In this document: positions 45,725 to 55,591 of the stretch, piece by piece | Position numbering within the stretch: position 1 is the first letter of the stretch | Layout of the letters: each line of letters starts with the position of its first letter | Assembly: GCA_964373505.1 (NCBI GenBank) | Contig: CAYJVC010000003.1 | Coordinates: forward strand, 11,336-75,335 | Direction: 5' to 3' | DNA: 64,000 nt | From: an uncultured Planctomycetia bacterium | Lineage (GTDB): Bacteria > Omnitrophota > Gorgyraeia > 2-02-FULL-51-18 | The notes under the pieces: model-generated | Seen by the model: the letters and a program-made list of their open reading frames with translations, nothing else | What the model was told of the DNA's origin: nothing | Databases searched by the model: none | Made by a program: the position numbers and the translations under genes

Positions 45725-46384
45725 TCACCGCCAATCCGCCTCAAAAAACGGGCCTTGGCCGCCGAGGGCAGTGAGCTTGTGAGCGTGATACTGGACTCTG
45801 ACGCCCAGCCAACCCTGGCTCCGCTGGATGAGACGAGACCTAAGCTGCCGGGAAACCCCTTCTAACAACGGGTCGGAAATGAAAATGAGCGCATGGAGCT
45901 TCAGGATCCCGGACGAACCGAGCGTCAAACCTCCTTTAAGGTTAAGCTCCGAGGAAGCACATTCCAAGAGATGATAACCGAGGCGGCCGGGTTTTTGCGT
46001 GACACTGACCTTGAACCGCTCCATGCTGAGCGGTCGGTTCAGAAAGTCCGCTTTTGAAAGAAACGGCACAGAGCCTGAGGGGATGAAACCCGCGGGAAAT
46101 ACGAGATCCTCAAGCTGCAGGACGAGCTCTCCTTTGCCCAGCTTGACGAGGCCGGGCCCAGAGACTACCGGACCCGGGTGAGCGTCGGTGAATATCTCCA
46201 AAGAATCGAAGCGTACCCGATTCCAATGCTTGACGCTGGCGCGGCGAAACCGAAGCGTCAGGCCCGAGCGCTTGGAAAAAAAGGCGGAAACGGCAGAATC
46301 GACCCATCCGCCCTCCCAAGTGACCCGAGTGCTCAGCGCAAGGGCGATCACGACGAGAAGAAGCGCTGTGAAAAGTTTCCTCAC
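45725..46384 (-). CDS. Hypothetical exported protein
   Basis: N-terminal signal/anchor. No recognisable motif. Confidence 0.4.
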   Translation of the reverse strand: MRKLFTALLLVVIALALSTRVTWEGGWVDSAVSAFFSKRSGLTLRFRRASVKHWNRVRFDSLEIFTDAHPGPVVSGPGLVKLGKGELVLQLEDLVFPAGFIPSGSVPFLSKADFLNRPLSMERFKVSVTQKPGRLGYHLLECASSELNLKGGLTLGSSGILKLHALIFISDPLLEGVSRQLRSRLIQRSQGWLGVRVQYHAHKLTALGGQGPFFEADWR

Positions 46385-47895
46385 AGGCTTTTTTTAGGTT
46401 TTCGGACAAAGATAGACTTGTAATAACCTTCTTTCTGCACACTATGGACAAACACGTCTACTACCTTTGGGTCGAATTGTGTGCCGCTGTTCTTCACGAT
46501 CTCATCCAGCGCCTCTCGGAGGCTCGCGCGGTCGCGGTAAGGCCGTCCTGTGATGATGGCCTCAAACGCGTTGATCACGGAAAGGATCCTCGCGCCGATG
46601 GGGATCTTGTCCCCTTTGAGCCCTCGGGGGTAGCCGGTCCCGTCGTATTTTTCCCTCGAATAAAGGATGATCGGCACGACCGTTTTAAGGCTTTCAAATG
46701 ACTGCACGATCTTCGCGCCCTTGATCGGATGCTCGCGGATGATCTGATATTCTTCGCCGGTCAATTTCGTGGGCTTTCTCAATATTTCTTCGGGGATCCC
46801 AATCTTCGCGGTGTCCTTGAGGAGCGTCGCATAATGAAGCGCCTGCGAGTCTTCCTCGCTCAAGTGAAGCTGTTCGGCCATCCGGAGCGCGATCCTTAAA
46901 AAGATCTCCGGCGAAGCCATGTTGGGGATACGGGTCCCCAAGATCACGGCCAGCGACTGGATCGTTCCGAGCGTGACTTTCTTTTGTTCCTCGTAAAGCT
47001 GTGCGTTCTTGATCGCGATCACCGCTTCCTCGGCCAGCGTGGTCAGGATCTCCAAGTCAAAATAAGTGAATCCTTTCTTCTCCTTTTTATGGACCACCGT
47101 GAGGACGCCGATCACGTCCTCATCGATCAGGGGAATGCAGATCATGGATTTTCTTAGTACGGATTTAGCCGTCCTGACCACGCGTCCCTCCGCGGTCCCG
47201 AAAAGGGGACGGGCCTTTCCGCCTTTCGCCTTCGTCTTGGGATAGCCCACCCGCGCTTTGCATACCAATTGTTTTTTTGGTTTTTCAAAAAGATAGATGG
47301 CGCAGCGACTGGACCTCAACACCTGCGCGGTTAGGTGCGCGAGGCGTGAGATCAACTCGTCGAGATTCAGCGTGGAATTAATGATGCGGTGGACCGTGTG
47401 GACCGTGGAAAGCGCGATGGCGCGCGGGCGTATCGTGGCGGATAGACGGCTGATCTCCTCTTTCTTCGCGCAGTTGTCCAGCGTCAACGTGATGTATTCG
47501 GAAAGCATGTTCAATACTTCCTGGCGCACGCCGGCTTTCACGCCGACCAGTCCAAAGAGACCGATCGGCTGGTCTCCGACCGCCAGCGGCACACAAAAAT
47601 TCACAATATTTTTTTCGATCGTGAAAAGATAAGGCCTTTTCTCCTTCGAGCGCCGTTTGAGCACGGAGAATATCGTTTTCGCAAGGCGCGGATTTTTGAC
47701 CCTTGGGTCATGCCAGATCTCATAAGAGCGTTCGAGGGACTTCTTGAACGGCTTCGCCTGGCCGTTCAATTTGAAGGAAACCCACCACACCGGGCGGCCC
47801 AGCAAAAAATCGTAAGACATGCGAAGTTTTCTCAGGCCCTCATGGGAACTGAAAGAATCGAATATTTCCCTGTCGTTCGCGAGCGAAATCTTCAT
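46381..47895 (-). CDS. GAF-domain HD-GYP phosphodiesterase (c-di-GMP hydrolase family)
   Basis: HD motif region HATLLKD...IREHP and GYP motif YDGTGYPRGL. The central region is GAF-like. Confidence 0.75.
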   Translation of the reverse strand: MKISLANDREIFDSFSSHEGLRKLRMSYDFLLGRPVWWVSFKLNGQAKPFKKSLERSYEIWHDPRVKNPRLAKTIFSVLKRRSKEKRPYLFTIEKNIVNFCVPLAVGDQPIGLFGLVGVKAGVRQEVLNMLSEYITLTLDNCAKKEEISRLSATIRPRAIALSTVHTVHRIINSTLNLDELISRLAHLTAQVLRSSRCAIYLFEKPKKQLVCKARVGYPKTKAKGGKARPLFGTAEGRVVRTAKSVLRKSMICIPLIDEDVIGVLTVVHKKEKKGFTYFDLEILTTLAEEAVIAIKNAQLYEEQKKVTLGTIQSLAVILGTRIPNMASPEIFLRIALRMAEQLHLSEEDSQALHYATLLKDTAKIGIPEEILRKPTKLTGEEYQIIREHPIKGAKIVQSFESLKTVVPIILYSREKYDGTGYPRGLKGDKIPIGARILSVINAFEAIITGRPYRDRASLREALDEIVKNSGTQFDPKVVDVFVHSVQKEGYYKSIFVRKPKKSL

Positions 47896-47901
47896 ATTCG
47901 G

Positions 47902-49074
47902 CTAAACCTTCTCATAAGGCTCAAAAAACTTGCGGTACTCATCCTGCGCGTAACGATCCGTCATGCCGGCGATGTAATCGCAGATCACGCGATGTGCGCC
48001 TTCGACCTTCAACCTTTTTTGGCTGCCGGGCGGCAGTTGCTCGGGCCTCGAAAGATACACCTGGAAAAGCGCGCGGATAAAGCGCCCCGCCTTGTCGCTC
48101 ATGCGGACCACGCGGTAGTGTTTATAAAGCTTTTCTTTGAGGAATTTTCTTAAAGCCTCCCTTTCTTTGGAAAGTTCAGGACTGAACGAGATCATAAAAT
48201 GCAGGCACTGAAGCGCCTGTTCGGGTTTTCGGATTTTGGCTTTTTGGATATTCCGCGCCGACTGATTCAAGAGATCCGTCACCTCGAGATCAATAAGGCC
48301 TCGGATCACCTGATAACGCCGGACTTCCGGATCGGAGATCGGCCGCGCCAGCACCTTGCGCTTGACGCGTTTCCAAAACCCCGTCTTATCGAGTTCGGAT
48401 TCCAAGATAAGCCCGGAGGTCAGTCCGTCATCGATATCGTGATTGTCGTAAGCGATCTCATCGGCCAGGTCCACGACCTGGGATTCCAACGACGGCGAGC
48501 GAAAGGGGTCGAACGGACCCATGCCTCTCTGATTGGCTTCCGCGATAAGCTCCGGGTGCTTGAAAAGGCCCATTCGGGACTCATAGGTAAGATTGAGGCC
48601 CCGGAAATCGGGGTAGCGCTCCTCCAGATAATCCACGATCCTCAAGCTCTGCAGGTTATGGTCAAAGCCCTTATGCTCCTTCATGAGCTCTTTCAACTCA
48701 TCCTCGCCGGCATGCCCAAACGGCGTATGGCCCAAGTCGTGGGCAAGCGTGATGGTTTCCACGAGGTCGCCGTTGAGACCCAGACTCTTTGCGATGACTC
48801 GCGCAATTTGACTCGCTTCGAGTGAATGCGTCAGCCTTGTGCGGTAGTAATCACCCTCATGATTCACAAAAACCTGGGTCTTGTATTCCAGGCGGCGGAA
48901 AGCCGTGCTGTGAACAATGCGGGCCCGGTCCCTCTGGAACGCCGTGCGGTAGGGGTGCTCTTTTTCCGGGTGGATCCGTCCGCGGCTCCGGGCGCTTTGC
49001 GCCGCGTAAGGAGCCAGGGTCTTCTGTTCCCACTTTTCCATCTCCTGACGCGTGACCAGATGCAATGGCCGCAT
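47902..49074 (-). CDS. dgt: dGTP triphosphohydrolase-like HD phosphohydrolase
   Basis: RTAFQRDRARIVHSTAFRRLEYKTQVF and HDLGHTPFGH signatures. Confidence 0.85.
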   Translation of the reverse strand: MRPLHLVTRQEMEKWEQKTLAPYAAQSARSRGRIHPEKEHPYRTAFQRDRARIVHSTAFRRLEYKTQVFVNHEGDYYRTRLTHSLEASQIARVIAKSLGLNGDLVETITLAHDLGHTPFGHAGEDELKELMKEHKGFDHNLQSLRIVDYLEERYPDFRGLNLTYESRMGLFKHPELIAEANQRGMGPFDPFRSPSLESQVVDLADEIAYDNHDIDDGLTSGLILESELDKTGFWKRVKRKVLARPISDPEVRRYQVIRGLIDLEVTDLLNQSARNIQKAKIRKPEQALQCLHFMISFSPELSKEREALRKFLKEKLYKHYRVVRMSDKAGRFIRALFQVYLSRPEQLPPGSQKRLKVEGAHRVICDYIAGMTDRYAQDEYRKFFEPYEKV

Positions 49075-49078
49075 GAGG

Positions 49079-50749
49079 TTATTGGACGATCGGGGGGGCT
49101 TTTTCTGTCACGATGAGGGGGGCCGCGCCGTACACATCCATCAGCGCATTGATCCTGGAGAGTCCGAGCGTGAGGATCTTTTTTTCTTTCGCGAGCAATT
49201 TTGCGTTGTCGTCCACGCCGCGGAGCGCCACGAGCACCTTCATGGAAGCTTCCTTTTTGTCATGGGAAGCACTTTGGACAAGCTCAAGAACCTCCTTCTC
49301 AGTGGCCTTTTGCTCCACGATCTTGCAGACCCAGCAAGTGCCGTGACCCTGCGCGATGAAATCGCGGGAGCCTCGCTCCGTGATCCGCTCGGCGCTTGGG
49401 GGCTTGATGATCTCGGTAAAATGCGGGAGCTTTCTCTTTTTTTCGCCAAACTCGATCAGGTCATTGCGGAACGAGGAGAATAGCTCATGCACGCGGTCGG
49501 CGACGTCGAGTTTCAGAAGCTCTTCGTACTCGACCATGATTCGCTCGATCCGCGCGCCGAATGCTTCGGCTTTGCAGACCGCGCCCAGGAGCGATAGTTC
49601 CTTGTTCTCATAAACTTCCTTGAGCCAGAATTTGAACATCTTGTTATGGAGCCGGTAAAACACACCCGTTTTAATGACCAGTTCATGCCCCATCAATTCC
49701 TGTAACTGCCTGGAAATCTCCGATTGACCACGGTTCAAGGCTCGAGCGAGTTCCTTCAGCCGGTTGGTGCCGTTCGCCAAGAGCGTCAGCACCAAAACCG
49801 GAAGGCCGCGTGAACCCACCTGGGTCCAGGGAGAAATAAGCTTCAGGAAATACTGGTTCAGGATCCCCTGGGATTCATATAAAAGTCTGAGAAAAACCTC
49901 TCCGATCGTCGCCCGTGACAACTCGCGCTCCGATTTTGCGAGCGCCCTCTCTCGCAAGTGGCCCGTGATCGTCTGCAGAAAGAACGGGTGGCCGTCGGTG
50001 AATGCCACGAGAAAGTTCTTGAGGCTTTCGGGCACGGGCACCGGCGAAAGTTTCGCCTCGATGAACCGCGAAGTGGTCTCAAAATCAAACGGCTCCAAAT
50101 AAACGCGCTCAAAATTCCCGAAAAGAAGCGAAAGCTTCTCCGCGAGGATCCTGCGGCTTGCGGAAAATGAAGAGCTTGCCAGAAGGTACATCGTGTCCTT
50201 CTGCACCATGATGCGCTTTCCAAAGTCTGAAAAAGCGCTCCGGACGCCGAAATCGCCCAAACGGTGAAACTCATCGAGGATCACGATGCAGTGCTTGCCC
50301 GTCTCCTGTTTCACGATCGTCGTAAGCTCAAAAAGTTTGGAATGGGCTTCTTCGCGGTGGCGGCGCTTCAACAGAGAAACGATCTCTCCGATCTTCGAGA
50401 CCGTTCGGGGAATGATCGTTTCGGCCTTTTTGGAAAGCTCTGCCAGGGATTCGGTGGAGCCCACATCGCCGCGGCTCGCCACGCACTCGTAAAGGAGCGA
50501 GCGGATGAATTGCTCGACAAAATGATCAAGCGCCTGGATCTTTATCTCAACGTAGATCGCGAGAATTTCCGGGTCCTTGAAGACATGAAGGAATTGGCGC
50601 AGGAGCGAGGTCTTGCCCAATTGCTGGTGGCCGATGATCGCGACGTTCTGGCGGTAACCGGATTTGAGCGCGCGGGCGCGCTTGACGACGAGCTCGAGTA
50701 TGTCCTGGCGGCCGAAGAAATCGCTGCCGACGACAGGGTCACTGAACAT
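49079..50749 (-). CDS. AAA-type ATPase of the PF01637 ('archaeal ATPase') family with a DUF234-like C-terminal region
   Basis: Walker A GHQQLGKTSLL and Walker B ILDEFH. Confidence 0.6.
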   Translation of the reverse strand: MFSDPVVGSDFFGRQDILELVVKRARALKSGYRQNVAIIGHQQLGKTSLLRQFLHVFKDPEILAIYVEIKIQALDHFVEQFIRSLLYECVASRGDVGSTESLAELSKKAETIIPRTVSKIGEIVSLLKRRHREEAHSKLFELTTIVKQETGKHCIVILDEFHRLGDFGVRSAFSDFGKRIMVQKDTMYLLASSSFSASRRILAEKLSLLFGNFERVYLEPFDFETTSRFIEAKLSPVPVPESLKNFLVAFTDGHPFFLQTITGHLRERALAKSERELSRATIGEVFLRLLYESQGILNQYFLKLISPWTQVGSRGLPVLVLTLLANGTNRLKELARALNRGQSEISRQLQELMGHELVIKTGVFYRLHNKMFKFWLKEVYENKELSLLGAVCKAEAFGARIERIMVEYEELLKLDVADRVHELFSSFRNDLIEFGEKKRKLPHFTEIIKPPSAERITERGSRDFIAQGHGTCWVCKIVEQKATEKEVLELVQSASHDKKEASMKVLVALRGVDDNAKLLAKEKKILTLGLSRINALMDVYGAAPLIVTEKAPPIVQ

Positions 50750-51008
50750 GACAGTAAACCTTGATCATTTGAATTAAAATTTTATATGAGCGCGTTGAAA
50801 GTATTGCCAGATCTCTACGGCGCCCATGGTACCCCGACGCGCACCATGCGTCAAAAGAAATGTCAACCGGCCCTAAAAATTGTTTGTTTTTTTCTTGACA
50901 AAGTATACAGTTTTGTCCTGCTTCGCCAAGGCTTCGCAGGACACTCCTTCGCTCGTATTGTAAGCTATGAAATGCTCGCACTCCGAAGCTCGCGAAGCGA
51001 GCGAAGGA

Positions 51009-51029
51009 GTGGAGCGGGTGATGGGAATC
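51009..51029. repeat. 21-bp direct duplicate of the tRNA-Gly 3' end (TGGAGCGGGTGATGGGAATCG), att-like
   Basis: Identical to 51219-51239 and lies 210 bp from it. A further inverted partial copy (TTCGATTCCCATCCGCTC) is at 51176-51193. Confidence 0.5.
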
Positions 51030-51218
51030 GGCGCCTCCGTCTCGCTAGTCATGATCGCTCCGCGCGATGCGCTCCGCAATCTAACCGGCTCGACTTCGGT
51101 CGGCCATTCGCCGCCTCGATGGTCGTCGACGCTCCTAAGGGTCGCGTCGACTTTTATCTTGGCTCGGCGGCTCTATTCGATTCCCATCCGCTCTACGAAT
51201 ATTCATTGCAAAAAACAA

Positions 51219-51292
51219 TGGAGCGGGTGATGGGAATCGAACCCACATCTAAAGCTTGGGAAGCTTTCATTCTACCACTGAACTACACCCGC
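51219..51292 (-). tRNA. tRNA-Gly (anticodon CCC), 74 nt including the encoded CCA
   Basis: The reverse complement reads GCGGGTGTAGTTCAGTGGTAGAATGAAAGCTTCCCAAGCTTTAGATGTGGGTTCGATTCCCATCACCCGCTCCA: acceptor, D, anticodon (loop TTCCCAA) and T arms all form. Confidence 0.85.
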
Positions 51293-51407
51293 AAAAAATT
51301 TTCAATGAAAATTTTTTCCATAGGGGAAACGAAGTTTCCCCTCCATGGCGGTCGCCTTCGGCGACCTGTCATCCCTTCCTTAGATGAATAAAAGATTCTT
51401 TAGAAGG

Positions 51408-51432
51408 AAAAGGGGGAATTTTGTCCCCCTTT
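51408..51432 (-). terminator. Hairpin AAAGGGGGA-N7-TCCCCCTTT downstream of the PfkB-family kinase gene
   Basis: 8-bp GC stem. U-rich flanks on both strands (TTTTCCTTT on +, TTTCCTTCT on -). Confidence 0.35.
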
Positions 51433-51492
51433 TCCTTTGGTATCCATATCCCCCTAAATTGGAAGGATAAATTATAATCTCTACTACATTAT

Positions 51493-52398
51493 TTAAAACT
51501 TTGTCATGCGTTTAAAATGGTCATAGCGGTGCTGGATCTCGGAACGACGGAGTTTGACCAGCCGGTCCAGGCTGAAACTCTCCACGTTATAAGAGGCCAA
51601 GACGCTCCCGTAGATCACGGCCTGGCGTACGACGGCTTCATTGAGCCGCGGGGATCTTGTCAGATACCCGATGAAACCGCCCGCGAAGGAGTCCCCGGCT
51701 CCTGTCGGGTCGAACACTTTTTCCAAAAGATAGGCGGGCGCCAGGAACGTAAAGTTCCTGGAGAAGCAGATCACCCCATGCTCGCCTTTTTTGATCAAGA
51801 GCAGTTTCGGCCCGAACCCAAGGATGCGCTTGGAGGCCTGGATCAAATTGTATTCGCCGGAAAGCTCGCGCGCTTCGGCATCGTTGCAAAGAAAGATGTC
51901 CACCCGTTTTAAAAGGCGGCTAAGGCTCTTTCGTTTGTTTTTGATCCAGAAATTCATCGTATCGCACGCCACAAGCCATGGGTCCAAGACCTGGTTCAAC
52001 ACATTCGCCTGCAGGTCCGGGTCGATATTGGCCAGAAAAACTAAACGGCTTCTTCTTAATTCCATCGAAACTTTGGGTCGAAAATGCCTGAACACGTTGA
52101 GCTCTGTCTTCTGCGTGCAGGCGGTGTTGAGGTCAAAATCATAGAAACCGGACCAACGGAACGTCTTGCCTTTTTGCACCTCAAGGCCGCCGGTATCCAC
52201 GCCGAGCTTCCGGATAAGCTCGAGGTGCTTCTTCGGGAAATCATCGCCGACCACGGCCACCAGTGAAACCGGCGAAAAAAAGCGTGCGGCGGCGCTGAAA
52301 TAGGTCGCGGAGCCGCCGAGCGCTTCTTTCACTTTGCCGAACGGCGTCCGGACGCTGTCGAGCGCCACCGAGCCTACCGCCAGAATTCTCTCTTTCAT
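51493..52398 (-). CDS. PfkB-family (ribokinase-like) carbohydrate kinase
   Basis: DPTGAGDSFAGGFIGYL signature and an N-terminal GG motif. Confidence 0.75.
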   Translation of the reverse strand: MKERILAVGSVALDSVRTPFGKVKEALGGSATYFSAAARFFSPVSLVAVVGDDFPKKHLELIRKLGVDTGGLEVQKGKTFRWSGFYDFDLNTACTQKTELNVFRHFRPKVSMELRRSRLVFLANIDPDLQANVLNQVLDPWLVACDTMNFWIKNKRKSLSRLLKRVDIFLCNDAEARELSGEYNLIQASKRILGFGPKLLLIKKGEHGVICFSRNFTFLAPAYLLEKVFDPTGAGDSFAGGFIGYLTRSPRLNEAVVRQAVIYGSVLASYNVESFSLDRLVKLRRSEIQHRYDHFKRMTKF

Positions 52399-53030
52399 GA
52401 AAAATTCCTCAACAGTTCTTGGGCGGAAAGCCTTGGGTTTTTGCTGCTCATCACGGCCCTCACCACCGCCACGGCCTTGGCGCCGGCCCGTAGCACTTCG
52501 TGGATATTTGTCCTATCGATCCCGCCTATCGCGACGAACGGTACCGTGATGTTCCCCGCCGCAAAATGCACAAGTTCCAGCCCTACCGGAAGCGTTGTGG
52601 GTTTGGTGGGTGTGCCGAAGACCGGCCCTACCCCGATGTAATCAAAGCCTTCCTCTTGGGCGTCTAGCGCTTGCTCGCGGCTGTGCGTGGAACGACCGAT
52701 GATCGCCTCTTCCCCCAAAAGCTCGCGCACAGAGGCCAGTGAACCGTCGTCCTGGCCGAGATGCACGCCGTCGGCTGAAACTTTTTTTGCGACTTCTGCG
52801 CGGTCATTGATGATGAGCGGCACGTTCTTAGTCCGCGTCACCTCAAGGAGTTTTTTTGCGATACGGACAAGCTCTTCATCCGAAGCCGTTTTGTCGCGCA
52901 GTTGCACGACATCGGCGCCGCCCTCAACGGCTTCTTTGACGAGCTCCGGCAGAGCTTTTTTTCCGGCCGCCGAAGGATCCGTGATCACGTAGAGCCTCCA
53001 GCTTCGGCAGCGTTCTTTTCTCAATCGCAT
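52395..53030 (-). CDS. thiE: Thiamine-phosphate synthase
   Basis: LYVITD...LQLRDK...IINDR...GVHLGQDD...IGVGPVFGTPTK. Start taken at MRLRKE. The ORF-track start at 53099 overlaps the upstream gene by 175 nt. Confidence 0.75.
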   Translation of the reverse strand: MRLRKERCRSWRLYVITDPSAAGKKALPELVKEAVEGGADVVQLRDKTASDEELVRIAKKLLEVTRTKNVPLIINDRAEVAKKVSADGVHLGQDDGSLASVRELLGEEAIIGRSTHSREQALDAQEEGFDYIGVGPVFGTPTKPTTLPVGLELVHFAAGNITVPFVAIGGIDRTNIHEVLRAGAKAVAVVRAVMSSKNPRLSAQELLRNFS

Positions 53031-53409
53031 AAACATGAAATCTTGCCTTCTTAAACCTATCGGAGAGGGTCGGGTCGACCAGCTTGGAAACTTCCTCAAG
53101 CACCCTCAGGGATTCCTTCACGCGCTCACTGTTGGCCGAGAAAATATCAAGCGCATCCTTGCGCGGCTTCTCGAGCGTGGAAGGCCCTCTTCCGACGTCC
53201 GCCCTCACATTCCGCGCGGACATAAGCCGCGCGATCGGCACCGGCGCATTTTGAACGCACCGGCTGATGGCGTGCCGGACCTTTTTCAGATCGCTCGTGA
53301 GCGAAGCATCCCCGAGCACAAAACGCGTGATCTCTTCGCAGACCCGCAAACCCTCGCGCGAGCGGTTAAAATTCGCATCCAAGATCCTTAAGATCTGCCT
53401 TGGGGTCAC
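52924..53409 (-). CDS. Hypothetical protein (ILDANFNRSREGLRV motif), encoded upstream of and overlapping thiE
   Basis: GTG start at 53409 within the family-1 arm. Its 3' end overlaps thiE by at least 106 nt, so a frameshift or fusion is possible. Confidence 0.45.
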   Translation of the reverse strand: MTPRQILRILDANFNRSREGLRVCEEITRFVLGDASLTSDLKKVRHAISRCVQNAPVPIARLMSARNVRADVGRGPSTLEKPRKDALDIFSANSERVKESLRVLEEVSKLVDPTLSDRFKKARFHVYAIEKRTLPKLEALRDHGSFGGRKKSSAGARQRSR

Positions 53410-53491
53410 CCCACCCCCTCTTATTGAGGCGACGTTGTCGCCTCGGCACTTCGCGTCAAAATTAAAAATTTAAAAAGAGGGGATGGGGTCA
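53406..53491 (-). repeat. Family-1 intercistronic palindromic element E3 (TCACCCCACCCCCTCTT ... AAGAGGGGATGGGGTCA)
   Basis: The right-arm TCA is the rfaE2 TGA stop (53489-53491). The left arm carries the GTG start of the downstream gene (53407-53409). Internal hairpin GAGGCGACGTTGTCGCCTC plus an AAAATTAAAAATTT module shared with E4. Confidence 0.65.
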
Positions 53492-54001
53492 CAAACTGCG
53501 CTTGATCTTCCCGATAAGTCCCGTTGTGGAAAAGCCTTTCACGGTCGGCAGCGACGAAACCTTGCCGCCGTAAGACTCCACAAACCCGCTGCCGACGATG
53601 TCTTTTTTCTTCCAGTCGCCGCCCTTCACGAGAAAATCGGGTCGGACCGCCTGAATGAGCTTGAGCGGAGTCGGCTCCGAAAAAAGCACCAGGCAATCGA
53701 CGGCCGAAAGGGCACCCAGGATCTCCGCCCTCTGCGCCTCGGGTGTCACGGGCCTTTCAGGGCCTTTCAAGCGCCTGACCGACGCGTCGCTATTCAAGCC
53801 GACCACCAGCACGTCTCCTAATGAACGGGCCCTTTGCAGAGTGCGCACGTGGCCCAAATGGAGGATGTCGAAGCAACCGTTGGTAAATACAATGCGCTTT
53901 TTTTTCTTTTTTAATTGCTTAACGCGGGAGATGAGATCTTTCAGCGAGAGAACCTTCGACCTTCGACCTTCAACCTTCGACCTTTTTTTAGAGGAGCTCA
54001 T
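53489..54001 (-). CDS. D-glycero-beta-D-manno-heptose-1-phosphate adenylyltransferase (RfaE domain II / cytidylyltransferase-like)
   Basis: [14 protein letters not shown] nucleotidyltransferase motif. Confidence 0.8.
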   Translation of the reverse strand: MSSSKKRSKVEGRRSKVLSLKDLISRVKQLKKKKKRIVFTNGCFDILHLGHVRTLQRARSLGDVLVVGLNSDASVRRLKGPERPVTPEAQRAEILGALSAVDCLVLFSEPTPLKLIQAVRPDFLVKGGDWKKKDIVGSGFVESYGGKVSSLPTVKGFSTTGLIGKIKRSL

Positions 54002-54554
54002 CCACGCGCTCGCAGAGTATGTGGCCGATCATGATATGAGACTCTTGGATCCTCGCGGTTTTTCGCGAGTCGACCACGATCGACAGATCCACGAGCGAAT
54101 GAAGCTTACCGCCGTCGCGGCCGGACAGGCCGATCGTGAAAAGGCCGAGCGCTTTCGCTTTCTGAATGCCCAAAAGCACGTTCTGGGAATTGCCGCTCGT
54201 GGATATCCCGTACGCCACATCGCCTTTTCGGCCGAGCGCCTCCACCTGGCGTTCAAAGATCCGGTTGAAACCGTAATCATTGCCCACAGCCGTCAGGATC
54301 GAGGTGTCCGTCGTAAGCGCTATGGCCGGGAGGCCTTGCCTTTCTTTTTCATAACGGCCCACGAACTCCGCGGCCAGGTGCTGGCTGTCGCTCGCGGAGC
54401 CTCCGTTGCCGAAAAAAAGGACTTTGTTCCCTTTTTTCAGGGCCTCATAAATAGCGCGTGCTGCCTTCTCTATCAGAGGCACATGCGTCTTAAGAAGCGC
54501 CTGCTTGACTTGGATACTGTCTTGAATATCTCGCGTGATCTTGTCGATCATCAT
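53988..54554 (-). CDS. gmhA: Phosphoheptose isomerase (SIS domain)
   Basis: [19 protein letters not shown] motif. Confidence 0.85.
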   Translation of the reverse strand: MMIDKITRDIQDSIQVKQALLKTHVPLIEKAARAIYEALKKGNKVLFFGNGGSASDSQHLAAEFVGRYEKERQGLPAIALTTDTSILTAVGNDYGFNRIFERQVEALGRKGDVAYGISTSGNSQNVLLGIQKAKALGLFTIGLSGRDGGKLHSLVDLSIVVDSRKTARIQESHIMIGHILCERVDELL

Positions 54555-54559
54555 GTCCT

Positions 54560-55582
54560 TTAACCGAAAAACGCCTTGGCCATCTCGTAGAATGAAGGAT
54601 CCACCGTCTTAAGCTTGCCGACGGCCACTTCAATCGGCACCGAGACTATCTCGTTGGCCTTCAAAGCGACCATCTGGCCGAACTGGCCGGCTCTCACAAG
54701 CTCAACGGCCTTTGCGCCAAATCGCGTACCGAGCACGCGGTCGTAAGCGCTGGCGCTGCCGCCCCGCTGGATGTGGCCAAGCACGGTGACACGGGTTTCA
54801 CAACGCGCACTTTCCTCTATCTTCTTGGCCAGCACTTCGCCGATTCCGCCCAAGCGCGCATGGCCGAAATCATCCCGTCTTTTCTCCAGGAGCACCTCGT
54901 TGCCCTCGAACTTGGCGCCCTCGGCAACCACGATGATACTGAAATGCTTTCCGCGTTTTTGCCTTTTTTTGATCACCTCCAGCACTTCGTTCATCTTGAT
55001 CGCTATCTCGGGGATCAGGATCAGGTCCGCGCCCCCGGCGATGCCTGAATGAAGCGCGATCCATCCTGCGTGACGCCCCATCACCTCGACAACCATGATG
55101 CGGTGATGGCTTTCGGCCGTTGAATGGAGGCGATCAATGGCCTCCATGGCGGTATTCACGGCAGTGTCAAATCCGAACGTAAAATCAGTGCCCGAAAGAT
55201 CGTTGTCGATGGTCTTCGGCACTCCGACGACGTTGAAACCGTCCTTATAGAGGCGGGCGGCCACCCCCAACGTATCTTCGCCGCCGATCGCGATCAGCGC
55301 GTCGAGCCCAAGCGATTTAAAATGTTTCTTGGCTTTTTCCAGTTTGACGGGCTCTTTATAAAGATTCGTGCGGCTCGTGCCTAAGATCGTGCCGCCGCGG
55401 TGGATGATCCCCGATACCGCCGGCACATCCAGCGGTCGCACCGTGTTGTCCACCAGGCCTTTCCAACCGTTTTCAATTCCCACCACTTTGTAGCCGTAAT
55501 GGTGCGCGGTGCGGACACTGGCGCGGATGACCGGATTAAGGCCCGGGCAATCACCGCCTCCCGTCAGGACCCCTATTTTCAT
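54560..55582 (-). CDS. pfkA: 6-phosphofructokinase
   Basis: [16 protein letters not shown] and GGDGS-like motifs. Confidence 0.85.
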   Translation of the reverse strand: MKIGVLTGGGDCPGLNPVIRASVRTAHHYGYKVVGIENGWKGLVDNTVRPLDVPAVSGIIHRGGTILGTSRTNLYKEPVKLEKAKKHFKSLGLDALIAIGGEDTLGVAARLYKDGFNVVGVPKTIDNDLSGTDFTFGFDTAVNTAMEAIDRLHSTAESHHRIMVVEVMGRHAGWIALHSGIAGGADLILIPEIAIKMNEVLEVIKKRQKRGKHFSIIVVAEGAKFEGNEVLLEKRRDDFGHARLGGIGEVLAKKIEESARCETRVTVLGHIQRGGSASAYDRVLGTRFGAKAVELVRAGQFGQMVALKANEIVSVPIEVAVGKLKTVDPSFYEMAKAFFG

Positions 55583-55591
55583 CGGATGCTC

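Noticed and set aside
51030-51218. A second tRNA or tRNA pseudogene between the att-like repeats
   Set aside because: Only T-arm/acceptor 3' fragments are present. No D-arm or anticodon stem can be folded.
50786-51391. 201-aa + strand ORF
   Set aside because: It runs antisense across tRNA-Gly and the att-like tRNA fragments and has no ribosome-binding site or recognisable domain. It is an artefact of a stop-poor frame.
53410-53488. TPP riboswitch upstream of the thiE operon
   Set aside because: No CUGAGA or ACCUGAUCUGG-type TPP motifs are present. The spacer is fully accounted for by family-1 element E3.
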